From an uncultured virus (IMG/VR IMGVR_UViG_3300013232_000002) (Duplodnaviria; Heunggongvirae; Uroviricota; Caudoviricetes), in the IMG/VR virus record IMGVR_UViG_3300013232_000002, positions 62,001 to 95,123 of that record: a DNA stretch of 33,123 bases; one strand, written 5' to 3'. This document shows positions 1-9,892 of this stretch, piece after piece. The notes below the pieces were generated by a model. That model was not told the origin of the DNA. It saw only the letters and a list, made by a program, of their open reading frames with translations, and did no database searches. The translations under genes and the position numbers were made by a program. Numbering within the stretch: position 1 is the stretch's first letter; every line of letters starts with the position of its first letter.

Positions 1-1
1 T

Positions 2-958
2 GTACCACAGGGCATAGCAATCATCGCTACAAACGCTGGATTCAAAGGGACAAAGGCATGGGAGTGGAGGAAGTCTTACATCAACAATCCCAGATGGTGT
101 AAAAGCCTCTGGCAGAAGCCTTCCCCCTGGCTATCGAAGGAAGACATTCAAGAGTCGAAGGACCGCGATCCAATCGGTGCAGAGCATGCCCGCCTCTTCT
201 ATGGCAAGTGGTCTTCAGGCACCGGAAATGCACTAAGCGATGAGGACATCGATTCCATATTCTCAATGGATGGTCCTTTGAAGAAACCTGAGCCAGGGTG
301 GAAGTACATTCTCGGGTTAGACTTGGGAATCAAGCATGACCATGCGGGTGTTGCTGTTGTTGGTGTCAACCGCACTTTGCAGATTGTCCGTGTTGTACGT
401 GTTCGTGGATTTGCACCATCCATGGAAGTCAATGGAAGAAAGGAGGTGGATCTACAGCAGGTAGAGAACTACTCGTTGAAGATGGCCAAGACCTTTGGTG
501 TGTTGGGATTTTACGACAAGGCAGAAGGCGGGTCATTCATGGCCCAACGAATGAGGAGGTGTGGGGTGCGAATGCTGGAGGCTGCGTTTTCTAAGCCGGC
601 ATTCCAGACTGCTATGGCCACCTCATTCGTTCAGCTCGTAAAAGACTGCAGATTGGAAGCATACGAAGACAAGCAGGGCAGGCTTCGCCGAGACTTCGGC
701 AAGTTCAATATCGAACACAAGCCTCCTAAGAACTACAAACTTGTAGCAGTAAGCGACGAGTACGGGCATGCTGACGTGGGTGTGGCATTGATCATGACCC
801 TTCCCTACGCCGCCGAGTTGATCGGGACCATTGGTGCGTACTCGCCTACTGATGTAATTGCTTCTGGGCATGAAGATCCTCTGAAGGACGAAGAGGTAGA
901 CACCATGCCCGCCGAACTCCGAGAAATTTATGAGATGGACGACGTGGATCGGTATTAG
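2..958 (+). CDS. terL: Terminase large subunit, C-terminal part (5' truncated by the window)
   Basis: The frame is open from base 2 (VPQGIAIIATNAG...) into the 266..958 ORF. It has the coupling-motif-like 'IIATNAG', the RNase H-fold nuclease motif 'YILGLDLGIKHDHAG' and C-terminal 'GHADVGVAL'. It lies upstream of head genes. Confidence 0.85.
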   Translation, partial: VPQGIAIIATNAGFKGTKAWEWRKSYINNPRWCKSLWQKPSPWLSKEDIQESKDRDPIGAEHARLFYGKWSSGTGNALSDEDIDSIFSMDGPLKKPEPGWKYILGLDLGIKHDHAGVAVVGVNRTLQIVRVVRVRGFAPSMEVNGRKEVDLQQVENYSLKMAKTFGVLGFYDKAEGGSFMAQRMRRCGVRMLEAAFSKPAFQTAMATSFVQLVKDCRLEAYEDKQGRLRRDFGKFNIEHKPPKNYKLVAVSDEYGHADVGVALIMTLPYAAELIGTIGAYSPTDVIASGHEDPLKDEEVDTMPAELREIYEMDDVDRY

Positions 959-1000
959 GCTGAAGGACCAGAGCGATTATAATCCGGGAGGATTGATAGT

Positions 1001-1261
1001 ATGAATCACTTTCGAAGAGCCGTTGAGAGACAGCAGAAACTCGTCGATGACCACAATACATCGTCCCTCCTATTCCCAAGTGGGTTTCTGCAAGCACTGA
1101 GAAAGGCGATTGACTCCGGTTTGACATGCGACGAGATTTCTACACTACTTGTGCTGCAAGCCGGAGCACATGAGATGACAAGGAAGATCGATGCCAGAAC
1201 GATGCTGGCGGAGATCGGCGGGTTGATGTCCATCATGGAGCGGTCAACCCGCAAGAGGTGA
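1001..1261 (+). CDS. Hypothetical protein (86 aa)
   Basis: ORF with GGAGG RBS at ~987; colinear with neighbours. Confidence 0.6.
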   Translation: MNHFRRAVERQQKLVDDHNTSSLLFPSGFLQALRKAIDSGLTCDEISTLLVLQAGAHEMTRKIDARTMLAEIGGLMSIMERSTRKR

Positions 1262-1273
1262 TAGGGTGAATCG

Positions 1274-1747
1274 ATGGCCAAGAAAAAATACCCGCACGGA
1301 TACTTTGCTCATTTGGAGAGTAAGCGCAGACTGCGTTTCCTTCGAGTAGCCATCGAGCACATGGAGGGAAAACCCCTCCGAGGTCTTTTAGGTCTCCTCT
1401 TCTTCTGGGTCAAGGTCCCTCAGTATCAACTGCTGAGGGATGTTTTGTTTATCACCAAGGATGGGGACCCGATCTTAGTGCTGGCCGGATTCATCTTCAA
1501 CGGTGGATCCGTGCCGTTCTTTCTGTGGTGGCTCTACCCACCCGACCAGCCGGATTGCCTTCCGGCTTTTGTCGTTCATGATTACATCTGCTCAAAGCCT
1601 TTCCCATACGACTCGGCAAAGGCTCATACCATTCTACGAGACTGCTGCTTCGCAAATGGTGCCACATGCTTGAAGTCGTATGTTGTATGGTTGGGTGTGT
1701 GGCTATTTGGGCCGCGTTTCAAGAAGACAAAAAGAGGGAAGTCATGA
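1274..1747 (+). CDS. DUF1353-like phage protein
   Basis: Motif 'GFIFNGGSVP-FLWW-YPP...AFVVHDYIC...VWLGVWLFG' resembles the DUF1353 pattern (GF.tDgaS.P...aa.vHD..y...vr.fG). Confidence 0.7.
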   Translation: MAKKKYPHGYFAHLESKRRLRFLRVAIEHMEGKPLRGLLGLLFFWVKVPQYQLLRDVLFITKDGDPILVLAGFIFNGGSVPFFLWWLYPPDQPDCLPAFVVHDYICSKPFPYDSAKAHTILRDCCFANGATCLKSYVVWLGVWLFGPRFKKTKRGKS

Positions 1748-2073
1748 GCACACCCGATCTCGGAGTCTGCATTCCGGTGACCTACTCTCGCGTGCGAGAC
1801 GGAGACACCCCGGAGTTCAGGCTGCGTACTGGAATGGCGATCGCAATCAGGCCACTCGATTTCTCCAAGCCGGAAACTAACGAGCCAGGTGGACCCGAGG
1901 CGACTGCTCGACTACATCAGTTACTCTCGGAGGCGAAAGAAATACGATTGTTCTTTCCTCTGGCATCGACCGGGAAAGACCCGATTCTCGACGTCTTCGA
2001 CATCATACGCTCGGTGTTCACTTTTGATCGCGTACTGGCCCACGTTTACGTGGATGGGGAGTTGGTGCAATGA
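1744..2073 (+). CDS. Thermonuclease (SNase-like) domain protein
   Basis: 'RVRDGDT', 'IRPLDFSKPE', 'GGPEATARL' and 'FDRVLAHVYVDG' follow the staphylococcal nuclease motif order. The start ATG at 1744 overlaps the upstream stop (ATGA). Confidence 0.65.
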   Translation: MSTPDLGVCIPVTYSRVRDGDTPEFRLRTGMAIAIRPLDFSKPETNEPGGPEATARLHQLLSEAKEIRLFFPLASTGKDPILDVFDIIRSVFTFDRVLAHVYVDGELVQ

Positions 2074-3410
2074 GGAATATCCTGCTTAGTGCGATTCTGC
2101 TCCTGGCTAGCGTTTGCCAAGCAGGGCAGGTTGAGTGCGAATCCGCTACCTGTCGTGTCACTTGTGGCATGAAGATGGGCACGGGCATCACCATTACGAC
2201 AGGGACTGCTGGGTCTGTCTACGTGCTGACGAATCGGCACGTGGTCGAGCGGGCTCGAAGACCTGCAACGTGTGAATTCTTCATTGGGTCTCCCGTGATG
2301 ACCAGTGCCAAGGGAGAGGTTGTGGCTGTGAGCTACAACTACGACCTGGCAAGCATCAAGATACCCTCGACCCAGTTCATTCACGGCGAGCCTTACACAC
2401 TACCTCTTGCGACCGAGACACCCAAGGTTGGGGACAGCATCATTACTCTTGGGTTTCCTCGTGGCAAAGGACCAACGGCCTATGCGACCACAATTACAGC
2501 GTATGGTGTTTCCACGTTTGATTTTGCTCAGCCTCCTGCCGGTGGTCGCAGTGGTAGTGGCATCTTCGATAGCGATGCGACGCACTTGATTGGATTGCTA
2601 TCGGAACGTGAGTGGTTGAAACACCTCCCCTTGAATAAATGGGGTGGTGGTGAGAACCTTGAATCACTCTACGCCTTCCTGGCGTGGCCTCGCGATGTTG
2701 TAAGGGAACAGGCCAGTGCCCCTGCTGATGTGGTTGCAGAAGACGCTCAGCTATTCAGGCGACGGTTAGCTCCGCAGGGTAACGGTCCTTGCGATCCAGC
2801 CAATCCCAATTGCAAGGGAGGTAACTGCGGGCCTCAACAACAACCGTTTGCAGAGAGTGGTCCTCTGTTGCCGGGATGGGGTGGAGGGCTTCCCAAGCCT
2901 CCAGAGACAAACACACCACTACCACCGGCACCCGAGATTCCCACGGTCCCTGAGGTGGAGCCACCCGCCACACTGCCGACAACAGGCCCTGACGCCAAAC
3001 GTATCGAGGCCTTGGAGAATCTGGTGGCCCAACTGTCCTTCAGGATTGACGCCCTGGAAAAGAAATGCAACGGGGCAGGAACACCTGGACCAGTAGGACC
3101 TGTTGGTCCCACCGGTCCCCGCGGTCTTCAAGGAGAGCCTGGACAATCTGCTTCTCCTGCAGAAGCTCCCGACATCAATGTAATTACATCAGCAGTTGTT
3201 GAGCGGCTTCCCTCCGTCAAGGTTGTGTTGCTGGACGGGCAGGGGAATACTGCGAAAACACTGACTGCAAAACTTGGAGAGCCCATCAAACTTCCGGCCA
3301 CACGTCTTCAGACGTACACGACCGATGGGACCAAGTACACAGAAACAACGGCGCCTCTTGGAGAGCCGCTGGGGTTGAACGCGAAGTTCATTACTAGAAA
3401 GGGCGAGTGA
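2070..3410 (+). CDS. Secreted trypsin-like serine protease with Pro-rich linker, coiled coil and short collagen-like repeat
   Basis: Signal peptide MRNILLSAILLLASVCQA; triad motifs VLTNRHVV (His), YDLA (Asp), GRSGSGIF (Ser); Gly-X-Y run GTPGPVGPVGPTGPRGLQGEPGQ. Confidence 0.8.
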   Translation: MRNILLSAILLLASVCQAGQVECESATCRVTCGMKMGTGITITTGTAGSVYVLTNRHVVERARRPATCEFFIGSPVMTSAKGEVVAVSYNYDLASIKIPSTQFIHGEPYTLPLATETPKVGDSIITLGFPRGKGPTAYATTITAYGVSTFDFAQPPAGGRSGSGIFDSDATHLIGLLSEREWLKHLPLNKWGGGENLESLYAFLAWPRDVVREQASAPADVVAEDAQLFRRRLAPQGNGPCDPANPNCKGGNCGPQQQPFAESGPLLPGWGGGLPKPPETNTPLPPAPEIPTVPEVEPPATLPTTGPDAKRIEALENLVAQLSFRIDALEKKCNGAGTPGPVGPVGPTGPRGLQGEPGQSASPAEAPDINVITSAVVERLPSVKVVLLDGQGNTAKTLTAKLGEPIKLPATRLQTYTTDGTKYTETTAPLGEPLGLNAKFITRKGE

Positions 3411-3411
3411 G

Positions 3412-3702
3412 ATGCCCGATCCTGCAACGCTCCCCATCGAGGGAGAAGGAGTTGGTGTTATGGCTTCTGAAAGTTTGGTTGATCCCGCCATCCAGAGCGG
3501 TGCGCTCTCGAACCTTGCTGCGGAGCAGGGTGCGGCTGCTGCTCGTCGGATCATGCGAGCCGACCAGTTGGCGAACGATGCCGCTGCGATGTGGACCGTC
3601 CATTTGACGACCCCCACCATCATGGCGGGCATGGGGTTCCGGGTTGCCCAGCAGAGCGGTGGCTACCCGGCGAACACGGGAACCGGCACCGGTGGTGCCT
3701 GA
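3412..3702 (+). CDS. Hypothetical Ala/Gly-rich protein (96 aa)
   Basis: ORF starts 1 nt after the upstream stop; part of a tightly packed operon. Confidence 0.6.
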   Translation: MPDPATLPIEGEGVGVMASESLVDPAIQSGALSNLAAEQGAAAARRIMRADQLANDAAAMWTVHLTTPTIMAGMGFRVAQQSGGYPANTGTGTGGA

Positions 3703-3720
3703 GCCTAGGAGCTAGTACTC

Positions 3721-3954
3721 ATGAGCGAACCTTCCCCGTTGGTAGCGTTAGGCAAGATGGCGTCGGAAGCAGCGGCACGTATCGCCGAGGCTGATGCGAA
3801 GGCATTTAGAGCCCAGTACGCCTATCAAACGGGGAGGTTCGCTGAGTACTTCAAAGCGGAGTACACAGCCGCAGAAAAGGCGATCACCGATGAGTTCGAA
3901 CGAATTACTGGGGGACCGCCCACCACTGGAGGAGATGGCAAAACGGACGGGTGA
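3721..3954 (+). CDS. Hypothetical helical protein (77 aa)
   Basis: AGGAG RBS at ~3707; Ala/Glu-rich helical sequence. Confidence 0.6.
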   Translation: MSEPSPLVALGKMASEAAARIAEADAKAFRAQYAYQTGRFAEYFKAEYTAAEKAITDEFERITGGPPTTGGDGKTDG

Positions 3955-4486
3955 GGCGGGTGCCGGGCTGGTTGCAGCCACCAAAGCGGCTGCACTGAAA
4001 AACTGGATGGCAGATCAAGAGGCACACAGGGGACGAGTTGCCAACGCGGAGCAAGCAGGTTGGAAGGCACTAGGAATGGATATCGCATCAGCAGGACAGC
4101 AACAAGGAGTCTCCCGAGGAGGAGACATCGTGGTCACCGGAGACGTTTATGGTGACTCCGCTGTCTCGGCACTCGCGTCCAGAGCCATTGCTCTTGAGTC
4201 TCTTGCGAGACTCGAACGGCAGCAGGACCTACAACAGGTACAGTCACTGCCGCAATCTCAAGCACAGACAGTTCAAAAGAGTGGTGTTTCGTCAATGCTT
4301 GCAGGGGCATTGTTATCAGCAGTGTTGCTTACTGGAGGGGCTGGTATTGGTTTGGGTGTGCCATGGATGATGGGGGCTTTTGAGGACAAGCCAGCCAGTG
4401 CAGCGTCATCGGATGATACTGATACAGCAACGACAATTGAGGCATTGCAGATTTACGAGCCCAGTGAAGCAAGTGCTGATGAGTGA
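3935..4486 (+). CDS. Hypothetical membrane protein with one C-proximal TM helix
   Basis: Probable start is ATG 3935 after GGAGGAG; hydrophobic segment MLAGALLSAVLLTGGAGIGLGVPWMM. Confidence 0.6.
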   Translation: MAKRTGEAGAGLVAATKAAALKNWMADQEAHRGRVANAEQAGWKALGMDIASAGQQQGVSRGGDIVVTGDVYGDSAVSALASRAIALESLARLERQQDLQQVQSLPQSQAQTVQKSGVSSMLAGALLSAVLLTGGAGIGLGVPWMMGAFEDKPASAASSDDTDTATTIEALQIYEPSEASADE

Positions 4487-4489
4487 CGT

Positions 4490-4518
4490 TTGACTGTTTT
4501 ACCCAGTCGAGGTATTTA
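4490..4518 (+). promoter_or_regulatory. Possible sigma70-like promoter
   Basis: TTGACT-N17-TATTTA in the intergenic gap; the -10 box is imperfect. Confidence 0.25.
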
Positions 4519-4575
4519 CACCTAATGAAGTGATTGGGTTTCTTACTGTGCTGCTATACCCCAAAGGAGCGATTG

Positions 4576-5061
4576 ATGACCACAGAGAAAGAGAAAGAGA
4601 AGAAGACTACCAGTGATGTTTTTGATGAGTTGCCTCTGTGGGCTCAGATCCCACTCGCTGTCCTGGAGAAGTTTGGTGTATCAACTGTGATTGTTTTGGC
4701 TATTTTGTATGCTGCAATCTTCATGGCAATGCCGGAAGCTGTCTCTGTCGTCAATCGATACTGCGATGCAGTCTCTATCACGCAGGATATGATGGTTCAG
4801 ACTCAGAAGGACATTGCTGAGTCTCAGAAGACTCTGGTCAAGTCACAGGAGTCTCTGGTAATTTCACAAGAGCAGTTGGTCAAGGTTGTTGAAGATGTGA
4901 GCAGGACAGCGGCTGAGATCATTGCTGTTGAACGTGATACGAAGATGTTCATGGAGAAGGTCCAGACTGATCACGTGATGCAACTGGACAAGCTGAATAC
5001 TATTGAGGGGGCAGTATCTAAACCTGCTCCTTCGGTGGATGTGACAAACCCGGACAACTAG
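4576..5061 (+). CDS. Membrane protein with TM helix plus coiled coil (holin/spanin-like candidate)
   Basis: AAGGAG RBS; hydrophobic FGVSTVIVLAILYAAIFMAM followed by heptads (TQKDIAESQKTLVKSQESLVISQEQLV). Confidence 0.5.
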   Translation: MTTEKEKEKKTTSDVFDELPLWAQIPLAVLEKFGVSTVIVLAILYAAIFMAMPEAVSVVNRYCDAVSITQDMMVQTQKDIAESQKTLVKSQESLVISQEQLVKVVEDVSRTAAEIIAVERDTKMFMEKVQTDHVMQLDKLNTIEGAVSKPAPSVDVTNPDN

Positions 5062-5114
5062 TGAAAGAAAGATATCACTGAGCAGTTTGTATCTGTGATA
5101 TAGAGGGATTGGAT

Positions 5115-8100
5115 ATGCGACTGAAGAACATCGTTTGGTCCGGGTTGGTGTGGTCCCTGTTGATTGCCTCAGTGTTTTCGCAGGGAATGGTAAATGGTGG
5201 TTTCTTCCCTGGTGGTGGAAACGCACAGTATCCCCTGCGAAAACAGCCCTCCCTCTGGCTCGACAGCAGCCCCGGCTACTGCTGGACCGATGCGGCCTGC
5301 CAGTTCAACGCACCGGACAAGTCATCGCTCCAGTCGGCGGATTCGACAACGCTCGATCCCGAAACCAGTGATGTCCTGATTTGCGGTTGGGCGAAGTGGG
5401 ACACGGTCGGCACGATGATGTTGTTCCATAAGTCGTTTGGCAATCACGGCTACCAGATGTATAGCGTTGCTGATGGAACGCTATACGCTCATTTCGGAGA
5501 CGGGACTGAAGTATATGACACGTCGGCGGCAGGGACTGTAATCGCCAACAAATGGTACTTCTTCGCATACCACGCCGACAGAAGCAGTGATTTGAAAGTT
5601 TACGTCGGCGATGCGACCACAACACCAACCGTTGCCATTACGCGAGACATTTCCGCGAGAACCGGAAACGCCAATGCGATCACGGGATTTTGCGTTGGTG
5701 CCGACTCTACGCCAGCGAACCACTTTGACGGCAGCGTTGACTCTCTCATGGTGTTCAAAGCCGCCGACCTCAGCGCCGTCGCCCCCTCGATCATCTCATG
5801 GGCGTGGAACAGCGGTGCAGGCAGGCTCTGTAGTGAGATAACATCAGCACAGAAAACCGCATGGGGAGCGGTATCGGGGTGGGAGCTAGGAGAAGCATCC
5901 GGAACGAGATTTGACTCGTGGGGAACCAATCATTTAAGCCAAGCATTCTCGCCCATCATCAGCCCGACCACGTATGGGGCGGAGTTGCTGACGAATGGTG
6001 ATTTGGATGATTGGACAGGCTCGGACTTAGATAATTGGTATGATGACCCCGGAGATGGTGTACTGGCGAAGGAAACAAGCGACGTTCATACTGCGAGTGG
6101 GAGTGCTTTAAAACTTACGGGTGGATCTACGCCTGCCCTCACTCCACAAAGCGGCTCTTTAGCGATAGCGGTAACTGCGGGTCAAGTTTATCGTTTGTCT
6201 TTTTGGACACATGGCGATGGAATTAACGCAGGTAGGTATACCGTATATAATCCTGATCCACCATCTGGGGTTATTGATAGTATATACCTGACTACGACTG
6301 GTGTGACGGGAACATCGTGGACGCTAGTCACGCGTGATGTTACTATACCGACTGGTGTGTCACAAATTCAGATATACCTTCACTGTCCTAATGCTACTGG
6401 TGGTGCTGCTTACTTCGACGACGTATCCCTCAAAGCCATCACCACCGCAGCTCTCAACAACGGCGGATTCGAGACATGGACCGTGCCATCGGCTGCGGAG
6501 TTGGTGGCGAATGGGAATTTCACGGGCGGGATCACGGGGTGGACGAATAACGTGACCTATCCGTGGGATACGTTTGAAGGTGTTGCTGATGCACTACACC
6601 TTGCAAACAACGGGGATGGCACTCCAGCCAATTGTGCCGTAATATCGACTCCGTTTGCTATGACTGCTGGTGCCGTATATCGGGTGCAATATACTCTGAC
6701 GAAAACCAGCGGGCTCAGCGTTGCGATAGCAATAAAGCGTTCAGAATCGGACGCGAATAATGGATACGCCGCAACTCCGACAGATTCCGGGACGACTACG
6801 GCATATTTCAAGGCCCTATACACCAGTCCTAACGCAACATTCGAGATTACGAAAGACAACAGTAGTGCCTCCGACTGGACCATCGACAACGTCAGCATCA
6901 CCCAGGTGCCCAGCGACTCGACAAGTTGGACGGAGACATCTCAGGGTAGTGGGTACATCAGAAGGGAAGACGATGCACCCGACGCTGGCAGCCACTCATT
7001 GAGAATAGTCACCGACTCGGCAGGGTCTTTTGTTGGTGTGTACCAAACAGCACTCACGACCGGCAAGCTATACTCGGCAGCATTGAGGGCAAAACGATCT
7101 AGCGGCACGGACATACTTGGAGTTGGTGATTCTGTTGGGTCTGGACTATTCCCTGTCACGCCAACGGATGCATGGGCTTCGTACTCTGGGACGTTTCGTG
7201 CTGGTAGTGCTATCGTAATGGTCTACCGCCTGAATGGGGCTCTATCAACAACCGTTACCGACATTGACGGTTTCACCCTCACCGCAGCCGAAATCCTCGC
7301 TGGTCCGGGGATCGTGCGGGGGTTATCGCAGGATAGCGGGTTTGCCACGCAGTTGAACGGGACGAGCCAGTATTTCTCGTACACGGGGACGGCGTTTAAT
7401 CCTGGGACGGGGGACGCAGCATTCGGTTGTTGCATTTACGTCGATTCAATCAAAGACTTCGACATTGTGTCTGGTGGCACTATCGCCGTTGGTGCTGAGT
7501 GTTTTCGCTTGTCAGTACTGCCAGATGGCAGGATTACGTGCGATTTCAACGATGGCGTTGGGGCACGAGTGTCTGGGACAACTACAAATGTCCTGCTGCC
7601 AGGGAACTGGTACACAATCATCCTCAATGTCAAGCGTGATACGGTTGCCACTCTGTACATCAATGGGGCATCATGGTTGACGCTGGATGTGAGCGGCCAT
7701 CAGACGGCGTGTGCTCCTGGTCAATTGTATCTCGGCATTTACGCTGGTGGCGGTCAAGTCTTCCCTGGTCGCATTGACAACGCCTTCTACGCCAACCGCC
7801 TCCTGACCGCTCCAGAAATCGCCTACCTCCACAACAACGGCGAGTGGAGACAGTGGAGCGAGTTGGGCGTTGCAGGGACAGACGGCAGTGCGTTGACCAG
7901 TTCGGTGGTTGTCGGATTCTGGGACTTTGACGCCAAAGCCTCGCTCGGCACCGACGTTGCAAACGACAACGACCTGACGCCACAGGGCACACCCACCCAA
8001 AACAAGGGAATCAACTACTACGAAGGTGCCGTATCATATTGGATGGATCGGAGTGGGAATGGGAAGAATGCGGTAATCACTTCGATGGCGTCATACCCGG

Positions 8101-8615
8101 CTTACTCTAGCGTTTCGACGTTGAACGGAAAGCCGTATGTCTCGTTCGATGGAGTTGATGATTACTTGGCATCCGCTCTCACGAATACGGACGCATATAC
8201 GGTGTTTGCTGTGGGGAAGGCAGTTGATGTATCGGGGTTAACGAATGATCGGCTATGGGCGTTTGGTGGATTGTCAAGTATCTTCGTGAACACCGCGACG
8301 TGGGGATTCTACAGCAACGAGGCGAATGCTGTTGTAGACCTTGGCGGGACTTCCTCAGATTGGTCCATTATCTCGTTCGTCCGCACTAGCAATGCGGTAG
8401 TGAATGCTTACGTTGATGGTGGTACTGCTGTAACAATCGACCCGAGCGACGCGACGGCAGACACTATTCCTTTGACTATTGGTGCTACCGCCGGAACTGC
8501 TAACTTCATGGAAGGCAACATCGCCGCCATCATCGTCTACCCGCGAGCCCTCTCCGCTACCGAGCGTGGGGCGATTACGTCCTGGCTCCAGTCCATTTAT
8601 TCAATCGCACCATGA
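5115..8615 (+). CDS. Large LamG (ConA-like) / CBM4_9-like multidomain protein, putative adhesin or virion appendage, with signal peptide
   Basis: LamG motifs (KWYFFAYH...FDGSVDSL; GNWYTII...GRIDNAFYANRLLTAPEI; GNIAAIIVYPRALS), CBM-like NGxF...DDVSL/IDNVSI repeats and an N-terminal hydrophobic signal. Confidence 0.75.
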   Translation: MRLKNIVWSGLVWSLLIASVFSQGMVNGGFFPGGGNAQYPLRKQPSLWLDSSPGYCWTDAACQFNAPDKSSLQSADSTTLDPETSDVLICGWAKWDTVGTMMLFHKSFGNHGYQMYSVADGTLYAHFGDGTEVYDTSAAGTVIANKWYFFAYHADRSSDLKVYVGDATTTPTVAITRDISARTGNANAITGFCVGADSTPANHFDGSVDSLMVFKAADLSAVAPSIISWAWNSGAGRLCSEITSAQKTAWGAVSGWELGEASGTRFDSWGTNHLSQAFSPIISPTTYGAELLTNGDLDDWTGSDLDNWYDDPGDGVLAKETSDVHTASGSALKLTGGSTPALTPQSGSLAIAVTAGQVYRLSFWTHGDGINAGRYTVYNPDPPSGVIDSIYLTTTGVTGTSWTLVTRDVTIPTGVSQIQIYLHCPNATGGAAYFDDVSLKAITTAALNNGGFETWTVPSAAELVANGNFTGGITGWTNNVTYPWDTFEGVADALHLANNGDGTPANCAVISTPFAMTAGAVYRVQYTLTKTSGLSVAIAIKRSESDANNGYAATPTDSGTTTAYFKALYTSPNATFEITKDNSSASDWTIDNVSITQVPSDSTSWTETSQGSGYIRREDDAPDAGSHSLRIVTDSAGSFVGVYQTALTTGKLYSAALRAKRSSGTDILGVGDSVGSGLFPVTPTDAWASYSGTFRAGSAIVMVYRLNGALSTTVTDIDGFTLTAAEILAGPGIVRGLSQDSGFATQLNGTSQYFSYTGTAFNPGTGDAAFGCCIYVDSIKDFDIVSGGTIAVGAECFRLSVLPDGRITCDFNDGVGARVSGTTTNVLLPGNWYTIILNVKRDTVATLYINGASWLTLDVSGHQTACAPGQLYLGIYAGGGQVFPGRIDNAFYANRLLTAPEIAYLHNNGEWRQWSELGVAGTDGSALTSSVVVGFWDFDAKASLGTDVANDNDLTPQGTPTQNKGINYYEGAVSYWMDRSGNGKNAVITSMASYPAYSSVSTLNGKPYVSFDGVDDYLASALTNTDAYTVFAVGKAVDVSGLTNDRLWAFGGLSSIFVNTATWGFYSNEANAVVDLGGTSSDWSIISFVRTSNAVVNAYVDGGTAVTIDPSDATADTIPLTIGATAGTANFMEGNIAAIIVYPRALSATERGAITSWLQSIYSIAP

Positions 8616-8622
8616 GGACATC

Positions 8623-8985
8623 ATGTTTACCCTGCTTATGTTGATCGCTGTTGCCGCGAAGCCCGAGTCACCGCCCATGATGTCGCGGCAGCTCATCACT
8701 GTGAAAGCGGCTGACCTTGCTGCTGCCAACGCCGCTGCTGTCAAAGTCTTCGGCCGGAAGGCCACCGGGATGTTTAGCGTCAAATTCAATGATGGTAAAG
8801 ACCCCACCAAGCCGAAGGTGGTGACACACTACGCTGCATCCTTGTTGGCCACCAAACAGCAGATGGTGGACTTTAAGAAGGAGATGGCGTCACAGATCAC
8901 GGGTAACAAGGTGGTGGTCTACAGCAAGCCAACCAAAGGAAAACTTGAAGAGTTGAAGTTGAAACCTGTCATAACAACACCCTAG
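8623..8985 (+). CDS. Hypothetical basic protein with signal peptide
   Basis: ATG 8623 after GAGG; leader MFTLLMLIAVAA; Lys-rich. Confidence 0.55.
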   Translation: MFTLLMLIAVAAKPESPPMMSRQLITVKAADLAAANAAAVKVFGRKATGMFSVKFNDGKDPTKPKVVTHYAASLLATKQQMVDFKKEMASQITGNKVVVYSKPTKGKLEELKLKPVITTP

Positions 8986-9027
8986 TCAAGTAACACACTA
9001 CACATAAACCTTCAGGAGGTGATTTCC

Positions 9028-9480
9028 ATGAAACGTGCTTTGCTGATCCTTGTCATGGCGTTCCTGGTCCTACAGGCATGGCTGCTCATCCCGATGCAGA
9101 CCACCAACGCCCAGGTGAATCCCTACGGCCCGAACGTAAAGAGCAAGCTGCTTCGGTTCAATGTGGTTTGTGCCACGAACGGAGCCAATGAGGTGATTGC
9201 TGCGAAAGCTGCTACCAAGTACCGCATCATCTCATTCGCTATCAAGTCCCGTGCTGGTGTTGTGAGTTGGGCCTTGTACAATGGTGATCATTACATGTGG
9301 GCATCGGCAGTCGCTCCTGACCCGATTGACTTGGATGGGGTGAGTGGTCCCTGTGGCATGGTCTGGGATGAACAGATGGGTGGGTGGTTCGAGAGCGATA
9401 CTGTGAATGAGGCAGTGAACGTGTCTCTGAACGCTGCCGAGAGTGTGATTGTTGCTGGTACCTACGTCGAGATCAACTGA
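9028..9480 (+). CDS. Hypothetical beta-rich protein with signal peptide
   Basis: AGGAGG RBS; leader MKRALLILVMAFLVLQAWLL...TNA-Q. Confidence 0.6.
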   Translation: MKRALLILVMAFLVLQAWLLIPMQTTNAQVNPYGPNVKSKLLRFNVVCATNGANEVIAAKAATKYRIISFAIKSRAGVVSWALYNGDHYMWASAVAPDPIDLDGVSGPCGMVWDEQMGGWFESDTVNEAVNVSLNAAESVIVAGTYVEIN

Positions 9481-9494
9481 AGAGGAGTTGTGAA

Positions 9495-9845
9495 ATGGAT
9501 AGTGGAAGCATTGCAGGTCCAAACGGTGGGGAGTTGTACTACGATTATCCCGAAGTGGAAAATACTCAGGCCCAGATCACTCTTCCAGCAGCCGGTCTCA
9601 AGCGGTGTTGGGTGCTGGAGAATGTGTGCTACGGGTTCAATCAGACTCCCATGAGTGCCAAGGCTCTCACCATCGTGATCGGTGCTGATACGATGCAGGT
9701 TCAGGTGAGCGAGGCCAAGAGAACCAGTTACGGGCAGGAGCTTCGTACTGGTGCGAATGGCACGGCTGTGATCACACTGGCTGCGGATGACAGTGGGGCC
9801 ATCGGGCTGCTGGAGGTCTACTGCCGGAAAGAGTGGTGCCCGTAA
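9495..9845 (+). CDS. Hypothetical beta-rich protein (possible virion decoration)
   Basis: GAGGAG RBS; beta-strand pattern similar to the preceding gene. Confidence 0.55.
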   Translation: MDSGSIAGPNGGELYYDYPEVENTQAQITLPAAGLKRCWVLENVCYGFNQTPMSAKALTIVIGADTMQVQVSEAKRTSYGQELRTGANGTAVITLAADDSGAIGLLEVYCRKEWCP

Positions 9846-9892
9846 TAGGGTAGATGCAGTCCCTTCAGTACAAAATCAGATAGGAACCGGTC

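Noticed and set aside
3412..3954. Small Ala-rich ORFs as R-body (Reb) proteins
   Set aside because: Only compositional resemblance; the Reb consensus (VNxQITDAVTQ) is absent.
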